Shown here: piece by piece, positions 1-11,329 of the stretch | Layout of the letters: every line of letters begins with the position of its first letter | Position numbering within the stretch: the stretch's first letter is position 1 | From: Octopus vulgaris | Taxonomy: Eukaryota | Direction: 5' to 3' | DNA length: 64,000 nucleotides | NCBI GenBank assembly: GCA_951406725.2 | Contig: OX597827.1 | Location: 36,890,001-36,954,000, forward strand | The notes under the pieces: model-generated | Database searches by the model: none | Told to the model about the DNA's origin: nothing | The model's input: only the letters and a program-made list of their open reading frames with translations | Translations under genes and position numbers: made by a program

Positions 1-138
1 GCTGGGTTTCCTAATTTATGAAGTCATCACAACCATCACCGTTATCACAACCATTACTACCATCGACATTACGACCACCATCACTACCATCGCCATCATC
101 ATTATTATTTCTATTGTAATAATAAATATTATTAAAAT

Positions 139-344
139 AGTGGGTTAGAATCCATTAGAGCATCAGAAAAAAATACCTTGCAGTATTTGTTTCAACTCTT
201 GACATTCTGAGTTCAAATCCTGCTGTGGTCACCATTTTTCATTCCTCTAGGTTCAATAGAATAAAGTACCAGTCAACTATTGGGTCACTCTAATTAAATG
301 ACACCTTCTCAAAACAGCTGGCCTTGTACCTAAATCAGACACAC

Positions 345-345
<1 letters not shown>
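139..345 (+). mobile_element. SINE family A, decayed copy
   Basis: 'ttctgagttcaaatcc...taaagtaccagtc...ggccttgtacctaaa' matches 384-600; (TTA)n tail. Confidence 0.65.
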
Positions 346-383
<38 letters not shown>

Positions 384-384
<1 letters not shown>

Positions 385-600
385 AGCGGTGAACTGGCAG
401 AATTGTTAGCACACTGGATGGAATGCTTAACGGTATTTTGCCCGTCACTATGTTCTGAGTTTAAATTCCACCGAGGTCGACTTTACCTTTCATCCTCTAG
501 GGGTCGATAAAATAAGTACCAGTTGAACACTGGGGGTCGATATAATTGACTCATCCCCTCCTCCAAAGTTGCTGCCCTTATGGCAAAATTTGAAGTCATT
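384..600 (+). mobile_element. tRNA-derived SINE, family A (full length)
   Basis: Head 'gcggtgaactggcagaattgttagc', B-box-like 'gagtttaaattcc', core 'gtcgactttacctttcatcctctaggggtcgataaaataagtaccagttg', then (TTA)n. More than 12 related copies occur in the window. Confidence 0.85.
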
Positions 601-626
601 ATTATTATCATTATGATTATTATTAT

Positions 627-1126
627 TGAGTGAGAAAGCAGTGCATGACATCAAAGTGACTCTGGGTTAAAATATACAAAGCCCAGTATACCCATCATGA
701 TTACCTGTCTGATAAGGTTACACCAGACACATGCATCACAACCATATGTGCACGACATAGTGATCTTATATCAAGATAAACAGTGCATGAATTTGCAGGT
801 GGTGCCTTGTTAGAATTTTCTTCAGGTTGAGTTGCCCATCCTGCTCAAAAGGTCCCTGAATAAGGATTGTTTAAGGATGTTGAATGAAAAACCCATGTAT
901 CCAAAGGTGAATTATTCAAACTCCTAAGAATTCCTCTCAACACATGACTATGATGCTCCCCCACTACTTCTGCTCGTAATCAGAGATGCACATATCATCA
1001 GCCACTAAGGGACATGATCAACTGGTTATGGTCAAACAACTGACAAGCAAAACTGTGGTATTGAGTAGAATATTTGCTGTTGCCCATTTTTTATACCAAG
1101 ACAAAACAATGTCTTGGTATAAAAGA

Positions 1127-1127
<1 letters not shown>
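627..1127. mobile_element. Dispersed repeat embedded in (TAA)n, probably a non-LTR retrotransposon UTR derivative
   Basis: Its first ~105 bp recur at 29665-29769 and, inverted, at 29473-29577. Flanked by TTA repeats and ends in a fold-back 'ttttataccaagaca...tgtcttggtataaaa'. Confidence 0.7.
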
Positions 1128-1198
<71 letters not shown>

Positions 1199-1199
1199 C

Positions 1200-1240
<41 letters not shown>
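1128..1240. repeat. (ATT)n-(AGT)n compound microsatellite
   Basis: Direct reading; source of the poly-I/poly-S ORF. Confidence 0.95.
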
Positions 1241-1352
1241 AGGCAGTGAGCTGGCAGAATCGTTAGTCTACTGAACAAAATGCTTAACAGTATTTCACCT
1301 GTCGCTATGTTCTGAGTTCAAATTCCACCACTTTGCAGCAAAGTTTGAAACC
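1241..1352 (+). mobile_element. SINE family A, internally deleted
   Basis: Head 'aggcagtgagctggcagaatcgttag' to 'gagttcaaattccacc' is joined directly to tail 'caaagtttgaaacc' plus (TTA)n. Confidence 0.75.
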
Positions 1353-1394
1353 ATTATTATCATTATCATTATTATTATCATTATTATTATTATT

Positions 1395-1715
1395 GAAGAC
1401 GTCCCACAGTATCCAATATCGTGATGTTGTGGATTGATGATATTATGTCTACTAGGGATTTTTACTGGCTGTCAAGTCACAACAAGGACCTCAAACAGAC
1501 AGTACTTTACACAGTATGCGTCCAGTTCCAAGTAAAGCTGATTTATGCAACACACCTAGATTACAGGGTATTTCTAAAGCTTCCAGACATTTCTTCAAGC
1601 TGGGTGGTTTTGAACCCAATTCTCCGATGCCACATCTTGCAGCTGCCACATCTTGGCGATTTCAATTCTCAAATCTCCATATTTATCAATCTTTTCTTTT
1701 TCTTTCATGAAAATA
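1395..1715 (-). mobile_element. R4/Dong-like (RLE-type) non-LTR retrotransposon, 3' end
   Basis: Minus strand translates as KEKEKIDKYGDLRIEIAKMWQL...LKKCLEALEIPCNLGVLHKSALLGTGRILCKVLSV*, the typical RLE C-terminus. The 3' UTR runs into (TAA)n. Confidence 0.8.
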
Positions 1716-1719
1716 TGTC

Positions 1720-1803
1720 CTAGGGTCAATTTCTTCGACTAAGGGGTGGTGCTCCAGCATGGCCACTGTAAAATGACTGAAACAAGTAAAAGAATAAAAG
1801 AAT
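1720..1803 (+). mobile_element. SINE family B, 3' tail fragment
   Basis: 'ggtgctccagcatggccactgtaaaatgactgaaacaagtaaaagaataaaagaat' is the same tail as 8127-8510 (-) and 44770-45003. Confidence 0.75.
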
Positions 1804-1974
1804 ACCAGAAAAACGTTCCATACCACTAAACCAAGAAGGTCCTTTGAATATGTACGATGTATTTTAAGGCTAAATAGTGATTCCATTTATGTTTGTGTAA
1901 CTGAGATATTTTGGCTGGATTATATAGTCATTGGTGTTACATTACACTCTGTATTCTACAACTACCATAATATA

Positions 1975-2122
1975 CTTTTCTAGGCCTGACATTTTTGTGG
2001 GGAGGGGGCCAGTTGATTAGATCAACCCCAGCATACAACTGGTCCTTAATTTACTCACCCTGAAAGGATAAAAAGCAAAGTTGACCTCGGCAGAATTTGA
2101 ACACAGAATGTAAAGACAGACA
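1975..2122 (-). mobile_element. SINE family A, 5'-truncated
   Basis: Reverse complement of the family A core: 'aaagttgacctcggcagaatttgaacacagaa'. Confidence 0.7.
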
Positions 2123-2139
2123 GTCATAATATACAAACA

Positions 2140-2560
2140 TTTCTCATGGCACCAGTACAGTGTTTACAGATGCTTACATTTTTAATGTTTTCCCTGAATT
2201 TTTCATGGGTCCAGCAAGTTATTGTTATTTCATATACACATAACAAACTGTAGGAAAAGAAAAATTCCTAACAAATACCTTAGATGCCAAGAATTATCCT
2301 AAGTATTCTAGCTGTACCTAATAACACTGTTTTCTGGAGCTGTACTAAACTGTGTTTTATGCCTGTTTTCTCTATTTATCTGTTCAAATCTTTAGGAATA
2401 GTTCCTAATCCACCTATAACTACAGGGATACATTTTACCTGCACTTTCTATAGTCCCTGTAACTCAATGGCTAGGTCCTGGTACTTCGCTATTTTCTCTA
2501 TACCTCTCATATTGACTTTCTCATCATTTTGGACTGTAAAGTCAATTATCTGGCAATTAC
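2140..2560 (-). mobile_element. R4/Dong-like retrotransposon, 3' end
   Basis: Minus translation EKIAKYQDLAIELQGL*KVQVKCIPVVIGGLGTIPKDL...LVQLQKTVLLGTARILRIILGI*. Confidence 0.85.
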
Positions 2561-2690
2561 AAGGTCAACTTTGCCTTTCATCCTTTCGGAGTCAATAAAT
2601 TGAGTTCCAGTGAAACACTGGGGTCAATATAATCGACTATCTCCCTCTCCCAAAATTTCAGGCCTCATGCCTATAGTAGAAAGGATTGTT
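2561..2690 (+). mobile_element. SINE family A, 3' half
   Basis: 'aaggtcaactttgcctttcatcctttcggagtcaataaattgagttccagtg...ggcctcatgcctatagtagaaagg'. Confidence 0.75.
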
Positions 2691-2989
2691 GTTATTAAAA
2701 AGTTGTATTGGAACTGAGCACTGGATATTTTGTTATGTGTCTGTGGATTCTGAATTTAAATATTTGGTGAAGTTATTTTCCTTTATATTCTTCTAAGATT
2801 GTTAAAATAAGCACTGGTGTAGTATTGAGTTTTATTTAATCTTGTGTTCCCTTGTTATTAAAATAAATTTGTAGCCTTTGTATAAGTTATAAAAATACTG
2901 GCAGAATAAAAAGAATGTTGCCTAAAAGACAAAATTTCTGCTTGTTTTCCATTTGTATTTTGCCCTTTTATATTATTAGTTTAAACTGT

Positions 2990-3480
2990 ATAGAGGACAA
3001 CTTTGTCTGTGTTGGAGAGATCCAGTTATCAGCTGAGTCCATTATGAAGCTTGCACAGTTACCTTCCTTTCAGCAGAAAGGACAGGCAGATTTTTCTGTT
3101 GTGTGGCCATGGCAAAAGAGGTTGTATGGTGGAATCAGAAATTGTCTGAATGGATTGAGGGCTGACACCTTTCTATTCAATGAAGCCATTATCAACATCT
3201 TCAAGTGCCATTTGAAATTTGCTGAAAGGTGGATGAGAGTGATGAATATAACTACAATGTCTGTTGTCCCGGGAACTCAACTAGATGAAAGTACTTAGCT
3301 ATGGCTTTAAGGATAATTCAAGATGTGTTATCTGCATGGAAGTCCATACAACAAAGTCCAAGTGCCTTGGTGGGTGTCTCATTTCCTTTGCTGCTGTGCT
3401 TTTGTTTAATTATGCCTGTTTTCTCATACACAATTCTGCATAAATTGCAACTATTTTTATAATAGGTCTTTGTAAAGTCT
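2990..3480 (+). mobile_element. Decayed L1/Tx1-like LINE 3' end (tentative)
   Basis: Frameshifted '...AKEVVWW...GLRADTFLFNEAIINIFKCHLKFAERW' resembles L1/Tx1 ORF2 C-termini; recognition from memory only. Confidence 0.4.
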
Positions 3481-3859
3481 CCTCATCAATTACCCTTGTG
3501 GCAAATAATTAATTTAAAGAATGACCTTCATCTAAGGAATATTCATTGTGGCCAACAAATTCTTGTTTTGGCTGTTATGATGGATGTTATGGTGACAGTA
3601 ATAGAATATACTAATGTCACTATAGCTGAAAATAGAAATCACCACGGAAACCATTAATCAATGCTGCAATCTCCTCCTCCTCTTCTTCCTCCGCCACCGC
3701 TGCTAGCTCCTCCTCTTTCTCCTCCTCCCCTCCTTCCCTTCCTCCTGTGAACAATAACTTTTCAATGATATCTATCTATCTCTCCCTTCTCTCTCCTTCT
3801 CCATCTATGAACAATTACATTTCAATAATCATACAGGTTCCTCTTCCCTTTATCTGTGA

Positions 3860-4107
3860 TATAAATCTGTGTGTGTAATGCTATATGTGTATAACACAAT
3901 GTGCATAACATCTGTATGTGAATAACACTGTGTGTATAACATCTGTGTATGTATAACATCCATGCGTGCATAACTCTGCATGCTTATTTCTGTATAAATC
4001 TGGCTATCAATCCATCCATCTGTCAATATATGTACTGTCAGTTTATCTATCAATACATGTCTATTTATATCTGTCTGTCTGTCTGCCTCTATAATTATAT
4101 ATTATTT

Positions 4108-4166
<59 letters not shown>

Positions 4167-4300
4167 CCTGTCTGTCTGTCTGTCTGCCTACCTACCTACC
4201 TACCTATATATCTATCTATCCATCTATCTATCTATCTATCTCTCTATCTATCTATTTATCTATCCATCAATATACTAATCCATCCATCCATCCATCCATT
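3860..4300. repeat. ~16-bp minisatellite followed by (TATC)n/(TCCA)n
   Basis: Repeated 'ataacatctgtgtgtgt'-like units at 3860-3985 and a TATC array at 4109-4270. Confidence 0.85.
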
Positions 4301-5359
4301 TGTCCAGCCAACCATTTATACAATTATCTATTTATCTGTCTGCTAGAACATCTATTCACATGCATGCGTTTGTATTTATGCATGTGTATATGTACATAGG
4401 CATTTATATGTGCACGTGCACACACATATTTAGACACATGTATATGCATACATGTCAAAATGTATGTGTGTACGTACAAGAAAATACACATACAGACATG
4501 TGTACAGAGTATATCCAGTGAACTAGTTGCTGTGCTAATTAAAGACACATGATAGATAGGTATGTAATGCATAGGTATGTAATGCATAAAGCAATAAAGA
4601 AAGGGCAAAAAAAAAACCTACAAAGCATAAAAAGCAAGTAAAAACAGAAAAAAATCCTGTGTAAAAGGGTCCAGTGATATGATGTTGTGTAAAAGAGGGA
4701 ATAATTCAGTTGGTAAGATAGTGAAAGCAACTAATTACCATAGATCACAGTTTTGACAGAACCATTGTCTAATTCTGATTCTTTAAACTTTCTTCTAACT
4801 ATAATAAAACCTTCAGTAATTCTTCAGACATTTATTCATATCAATGTCTCTCTCTCATTCTATCTATCTGTCTGTTTATCTGTCATGTCTCTCTTGGTGT
4901 GTCATTCTATCTCTCTGCCTGTTCATCTGATAGAGGCCATATAACATAAGAGAATGGATTTGATGCTGCCACACGAGGCCATATAACTTCTAAAGAACAG
5001 TGGAGTCTGTTTCGGTTTCACTGAACACAAGAGCTGGTTTGCTGATTGTTGTTGTTGTTGTTGTTGTTGTTGAAGATGGTGGCAGTAGTGTGATGATGAT
5101 GGGGTGCCTGTGTCTGTCATTCCTTCTGTTGATTTATGTGAAGTGGAACTTCAATACCCTTAGGATAAAGTGTCCATTTTTATTGACACACACAGCTATG
5201 CCCATTAATAATAACACTGATGATGATGATAATAATAATAACTACAACAACAACAATAATAATAATGATATTGGCAATCATAATAACAACAACAACAGCA
5301 GCCACAACAGCAACAACAACAACAACAATAATATGAATAAAAACATGAAAGTCGTATTA

Positions 5360-5950
5360 TAGCACACAACATAGCATGCAGTCCTAAAATAGCCTTGTTA
5401 GGCACAGTCCGCAACCTATGCAAGATATTTTCCAATTCAGCAGCATAACTCAAACTCTACCCTCTTCACATATAATAGTTACTCTTACATAAATGATACC
5501 CAACACTATAACAACTTGCACAACTCATATTCTATGTAGTTGCCATACAGCCCATTCAATGCAATTACTGTCTGATACTAACGTGTAACACTAAGCACAC
5601 AGCACATATTCTACACAAACACCACCATCCCATAATATAACGCAGCTTATACAACGTATGTTTTATACAATCACCATCTGGACACTAAAACACAACTCAT
5701 ATGATTCTCACTATTCATCCTAGTAATACAAAACACGAAACACTACAACGAAATATATCTCTGATTACTTATTCTCTACAAAATAGATGAAATCCTAAAG
5801 TAACATCAGCAACAATCAACACAAACTCCACATCAAGCAACCCACCAAAAGACAATGCTGCACTAATCTCAACAGCTAAGATTTGCATCTGGTGGTGCAG
5901 TAAGACATGCATGAACCAGTTGAAAATAACAATAATGACAGTAATGTTAA
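5360..5950 (+). mobile_element. R4/Dong-like 3' end with UTR
   Basis: 'aaaatagccttgttaggcacagtccgcaacctatgcaagatattttcc' = KIALLGTVRNLCKIFS. Followed by an AC-rich UTR and flanked by degenerate (AAT/AAC)n. Confidence 0.6.
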
Positions 5951-6087
5951 TTGCAATGATATATAATGATAAGAGGAATATTAGTAGAAAATATCAGTTT
6001 TGTAAGAAGTAATTAGAGAGTAAATTTTGTAAAATAAGAAATTGAGATGGTAGTAAATGACAATATGTTATTATTAAGTGAGAGAAT

Positions 6088-6282
6088 GTGGCGAGCTGGT
6101 AGAATTGTTAGTGGCATTTTGTCTGTATTTATGTTCTGAGTTCAAATTTCGCTGAGGTTGACTTTGCCTTTCACCCCTTTGGGGTCGATAAAATAAAGAA
6201 TCAGCTGAGCAACAGGATCGATATAATTGACTTATCTCCTCCTGTGAACTTGCTGCCTTTGTGCCAAAATTTGAAGCCATTA
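6088..6282 (+). mobile_element. SINE family A
   Basis: 'gtggcgagctggtagaattgttag...gttctgagttcaaatttcgctgaggttgactttgcc...gtgccaaaatttgaagcc'. Confidence 0.8.
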
Positions 6283-6384
6283 TTTAGTGAGTAAAAAAGT
6301 AGCATTAATTGAACTATTGACCCTTGTTTGCCAGAACCTTACAGTGTCAATATCATTAATATTTTACTTCTGTAGGTTATTGTC

Positions 6385-6560
6385 ATTGTTGTTGTTCAGC
6401 CCCAGGTCAACTGCGATTCAGCTGACATATAAAAGAAGGTATTCCAGTTATAATCCTCCTGTATTTCTATGCGCTATGAATCTAGGGCCATACTTTCCCA
6501 CATATCCTTTTTCAAGATGGTAAGATGAGAGTTGAGAGATTTTCTGCTGCTGTTTATTGA
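6385..6560 (-). mobile_element. SINE-like family C fragment with (AAC)n tail
   Basis: 'ttgttgttcagccccaggtcaac...attccag' recurs at 51755-52450, 55385-55530 and 57235-57330. Confidence 0.6.
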
Positions 6561-8126
6561 AGGTCAAGAGGACATGTGGAGGCACCCTTAAAATCTGTGA
6601 GAAATGTGAGAAATACAGTTTGAATGTGGATAGGAAGGAGTTGGGCAATAGGTTTATTGAAGGGTTTCAGTGATGTGACAGAAGGGGTGATAAATAGGAT
6701 AAAGATATGTGAATTGAGTGGTAGATCAGAGAAGGGATCATAGGAGTGCAAGCTGGTATAGAGGTGGTATAAAGGACAGGAGGAGGAAATCACTATATCT
6801 GTGAGCCTGTGGTTTTAGTGTGTTGGTCAGTAAATCTTTGCTAATTAATCATATGGCTTTTTGTGAGGGGAGTGGGGTGGTGTGATATCTAGGTTGCTTG
6901 TATGTGTAACAGCAGCACTGCTTCCTAATATATAGGAGTAGTACTGCTTTCCAGAGTGCCAGAAGCTGAAATATTTTCAGGCCCTGATACAGAATCCTAG
7001 TTTTTTGTGGGGATGTCATATAAGATTATTAGTGATTGTGAGTCTAAGCATCTATGGTAAGTTTGAGAGTTTTAACTGTAGTGTTCCTATGAAAGGCTTC
7101 GAGATTGCTTCCCTGATATGCAAGTGACTATTTTTTAATATAGTTTAATAAGAGAATGATGGATGATGTCCAGTGCATTTTCAGGTTCTTTCAGGAAAAC
7201 AATAGGCAAGTGTGGAAGGAATTGAATCGGAGTTGAAATACTGGCGATAAAGCATGTTCTACTTACAACATGTAAGGACCAGATAATGGTGTAAAACTGA
7301 GAGATTAGTTATGATCTACGCCGTGAAATGAATATAGAGTCATCGGTGCTAGAGAAGTGTTACTGAATTTGGAGCTTCATGTATCTTGGGCTGTTTATTT
7401 GCAGTTTAGAGTGGCCAGGGTTCTCAAATGAGCAACTGTTATTGTACTGATAGACTCCACAGAGTACCTATGAAGTTCCTCTGATAGATAATTTATGACT
7501 GCCAGAATAATATTGAGGAATAGAGAGAAATAGGGAAAGGAAAGAGAAAAAGAAGGAACATTGAGAAGAATAGATACTAGTAAAAAGTTAAAGAAAGAAG
7601 TAAATTAAAATAATAGGAGGAAAAAGACGAAGAGTATTTGAATTAAGAAATCTGATTTTAGTCAGCCTCACATGTGTAACATTACACATATTTTATTATG
7701 ATAGCTACTCATTATGTGTGTGTTTGTGACCATATACTTATATATATATATAGATTGATAGATAGATAGATAGTTATAAAAAGAGGGAGGGAGAGAGAGA
7801 GAGAGAGATATGGAAAGAGAGGCTGATAGATGTAGAGTATAGAAGTTGATGTAGTTAAGATAAAAGGCATGAAAATAGAAAATCCAAAGGTTGCTGAACA
7901 AGTTACACACAAAAGGCTATAAAAAACAAAGGTAATCTTCTTAGCTGAAACCTGTTTTACAGAATCGAGATAAAACAAGTTTCAAGAATCTTTATTTTTT
8001 CCAGTAGTTCCTATAGTATCATTGATTTTCAAGCTGTTTCAATATAATTTAGGACATTATTTACTGCCCCAGTCTCTTGTTCAGTGAGTTGAGTTGATGC
8101 TTTTGGTAGTATCAAACATTTTCAAC

Positions 8127-8512
8127 TCTTTTACTCTTTTATTTGTTTCAGTCATTTGACTGCAGCCATGCTGGAGCACCACATTTAGTTGAACAAATCA
8201 ATCCCCAGGCTTATTCTTTGTAAGCCTAGTACTTATTCTATTGGTCTCTTTTACTGAACTGCTAAGTTATGGGCATGTAAACACATCAGCATTGGTTGTC
8301 AAGCGATGGTGAGGGGACAAGCACACACACACACTCACACACATATATATATACAGGTTTCTTTAATTTTCCACCTACTAAATCCACTCACAAGACTTTG
8401 GTCCGCCTGAGGCTATAGTAGAAGGCACTTACCCAAGGTGCCATGCAGTGGGACTGAACCCAGGACCATGTGGTTGGTAAGCAAGCTACTTGCCGCACAA
8501 CCACTCCTGTGC
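8127..8512 (-). mobile_element. tRNA-derived SINE, family B (CORE-like), full length
   Basis: Minus strand: head 'caggagtggttgtgcggcaagtagcttg...gggttcagtcccactgcatggcaccttgggtaagtg', internal (TG)n, tail 'gactgaaacaaataaaagagtaaaagag'. Confidence 0.85.
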
Positions 8513-9279
8513 TTATTTGGACACTTTCTTCAAAGAAAGGTTTTTTACACACTTTCAGATCTTTTTCTGGTTATTCATATTGGTTTAGAAATTTCAAGAG
8601 TTTCCAGGTGAAGTCTGACACTTTTGATTTTAAACCTTCTTTCAGGCCCCTTTTTCAATTGTTTCCTGACAATCTTTGAAAGATTTTCCCCGATTCTTTC
8701 TTGAAGTTCCAGGTGGTGTCAGAATGTTATGAGATTACAGAATTAGTCATTATTATCGATCAGTACCTTAGTACTTTAAGATATTTATTGGTAGTCTGAC
8801 TACTGGGTAGTGGAGTTTTGAGACATGGCTACACTGGGCAGTTTCCTGGTGATCCTATGGGTCTAATATATGCAGTGACATCCAGTCAATTAGTAAAGGT
8901 ACAAGCTACAGTATATTGTTTTGCAAAAGGGCCTATAATGTGACTTCAGACACTTTTAGATGGTTTCAAACACTTCAGATATTGTCAAGTGTTTTACATG
9001 TATTGTCATGGTGAGATGACAAATTCAGCCATTTTCAAACATTTTTTGTTGTCACAGAAATTTTGAAGTATTTTAGAGCATTTACATACTTTCAAGCCAG
9101 TCCAGAATGTTTTATGATATTTTATATGCATATGGAATTTTCATATGTATTCTGTGCACATAAGTACTTCTCAAACTATGTGTTGTAGATATTGAGAAAT
9201 ATAATTCTAGGGTTTAGAAAATCTATACTTAATGTGGATTTCCAAGATACTTGAGCATCTTGAAAAATAAGTTCATCGC

Positions 9280-9720
9280 AAATATTCTTTTCATATAGTA
9301 GTTACTTAATTCCAAAAGTACGTTATTATAAGGAAATCACTTTGAAATACAATAATATGAATATGCATTGAAAATCGGATTATCACTTTCAAATTATTTC
9401 AAAATACATTGTTACTTATTCCAAAATATCATGTCATACTCAAAATACGTTATTATGATCAAATAATTTCAAGATTACATATTCCAAAGTATATTTTTAC
9501 ATTAAAATCATTTCCAAATACATTATGAAATATTTTAAAGCAAAAATATATATTTGAATATTCTAAAGTACATAAGTACAAACTGGTTTCACTTTTTCTA
9601 GGAGATATACATTGCAATGTACATGTCTAATGGGTTGGTGCTAACTTTTATTTGATGTATAATGTGTCTACCTGAAGAAGCCTAGTTATAAACTCATTAG
9701 TTAACAGGGGAGATAATATC
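9280..9720 (+). repeat. Inverted copy of the PLE 5' pseudo-LTR region, with short tandem subrepeats
   Basis: 9560-9700 aligns with the reverse complement of 13850-13990 ('actggtttcact...cattgcaatgtacatgt...ctcattag'). Has 'ttcaaaatac' subrepeats and a decayed 'ctgaaga-agcctag' HHR start. Confidence 0.65.
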
Positions 9721-10175
9721 ATTCAACCACGGTAGTGGTTGAATATATTCTTAAGTCTACCATTCCGTCAACTGCAGCAGCTTCTAAGCTTCACTACTAA
9801 TTCAGTTTTCAACTAAATTGCAAACTGTTAAGAATTTTATAGAGGACACCTTCTCAGCAACACTTTGGCATAAATAATCTGAGATTTGGTTCAGTAGAAA
9901 AAAATTACATCAAAATATCTGTGACCTCAAGGGGGGCAGTAAAGCACCTATTCACCTTCAATTAACATAAACTTTTTAATTTTAAAATAAAAGTATACGT
10001 TTCTTAGGCTTAAATGATAGAAAAATGTATGAGGAATTCAGAGTCATTAGTTGCATTGAATAAAAATTAATAGAAGAAGATTTATGGGGTGAAATATGAC
10101 GAAGTTTCTTGTAAGAAAGTAAGGGAGTAATGGTTAGCAATAAGAATAAAGAATATATTGCTAAAATGCTCTAAG

Positions 10176-10290
10176 ACAGTAAGCTGGCAGAAACGTTAGT
10201 GCGCTGGGCAAAATGCTTAGCAGTATTTCGTCTGTGTTTATGTTTTGAGTTCAAATTCTGCTGAGGTCAACTTTGCTTTTTATCCATTTT
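10176..10290 (+). mobile_element. SINE family A, 5' half
   Basis: 'aagctggcagaaacgttagtgcgctgggcaaaatgcttagc...gagttcaaattctgctgaggtcaactttgc'. Confidence 0.75.
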
Positions 10291-10733
10291 GGATCTATTC
10301 AATTTGACGTACAGGTTATTTAATTAATTTTTTTAACTAAACACTTTGAAACTTCCAATATTGGTACAATGTGTCACATACAACAGGGTTTACTACTAAC
10401 GTTTTTGACAAAATTTTGTATTTTAGAAGTTATTTCGTCACAAGTTACTGAGTGACAATGGACAAATTCATGTTTGATATGTGCCAATACATGAAACTCT
10501 CAGGTTTTGACTTACTCTCTAACTTCTGCCGATGATATATATACATATTATACATATATGTGTAAAGAAATCTCATCACGCAATCAAACCAATGAAAGAG
10601 CCTCTACCTGGTCGCTTGACAAGCTAAAAATAGTAGCCAATGTATCCCCCTACGCAGTATTTTACAAGGTAAAATCCTAAATTATTAATTGACACGTTAT
10701 TAATTATCTTAACAATGCCTGGAAAAATTATGG

Positions 10734-11248
10734 ATTACATGGAAGAATGTGAACCTAAAAAGTAATATTCTTAAGATTATAAACCTGGAAAATTACAGGA
10801 CAAGTTATTACACCTGTAAAAGTATAGGACAAACTATTACTTCAAGAAAAATAAAGAATAAGAAACTTTTTACTTAAAATATTGCAGCTAAAATTAAAAT
10901 TTGAATATTAAAAATACTTTATTATAGTTTACAAATAACACTATACTTATTTAAGTAGAATTTGGCTAATTTACTACCTTAAATACAGAAAAAAGTGACT
11001 AATTAGACAAACTTACAAATTAGCTGAACAGTTTTGTACAATAAATTTAAAAGATGAGAACTGTAAAGAGTGATAAATTAGAAGAACTGGCATTTTTTGC
11101 TGCAATATTTTAAGTAAAAAGTTTCTTATTCTTTACTTGAAGTAATAATTTGTCCTATACTTTTACAGGTGTAATAACTTGTCCTGTACTTTTCCAGGTT
11201 TATAATCTTAGGAATATTACTTTTCATGCTCGCATTTTTCTATGTAAT
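10734..11248. repeat. Long inverted repeat (~150-bp arms, ~210-bp spacer)
   Basis: 10734-10888 is the near-perfect reverse complement of 11099-11248. Part of it recurs at ~36360-36420. Confidence 0.9.
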
Positions 11249-11329
11249 TATATATGTTAATAGTGGACCCAAAATAAGTAAGGAAGTAAATTTTTGTATT
11301 TTAACCATTCAGAAATGTGTGGGAAAATA

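Noticed and set aside
6560-7500. Possible decayed LINE endonuclease region on the minus strand
   Set aside because: Only vague motif hints; too degraded to assign.
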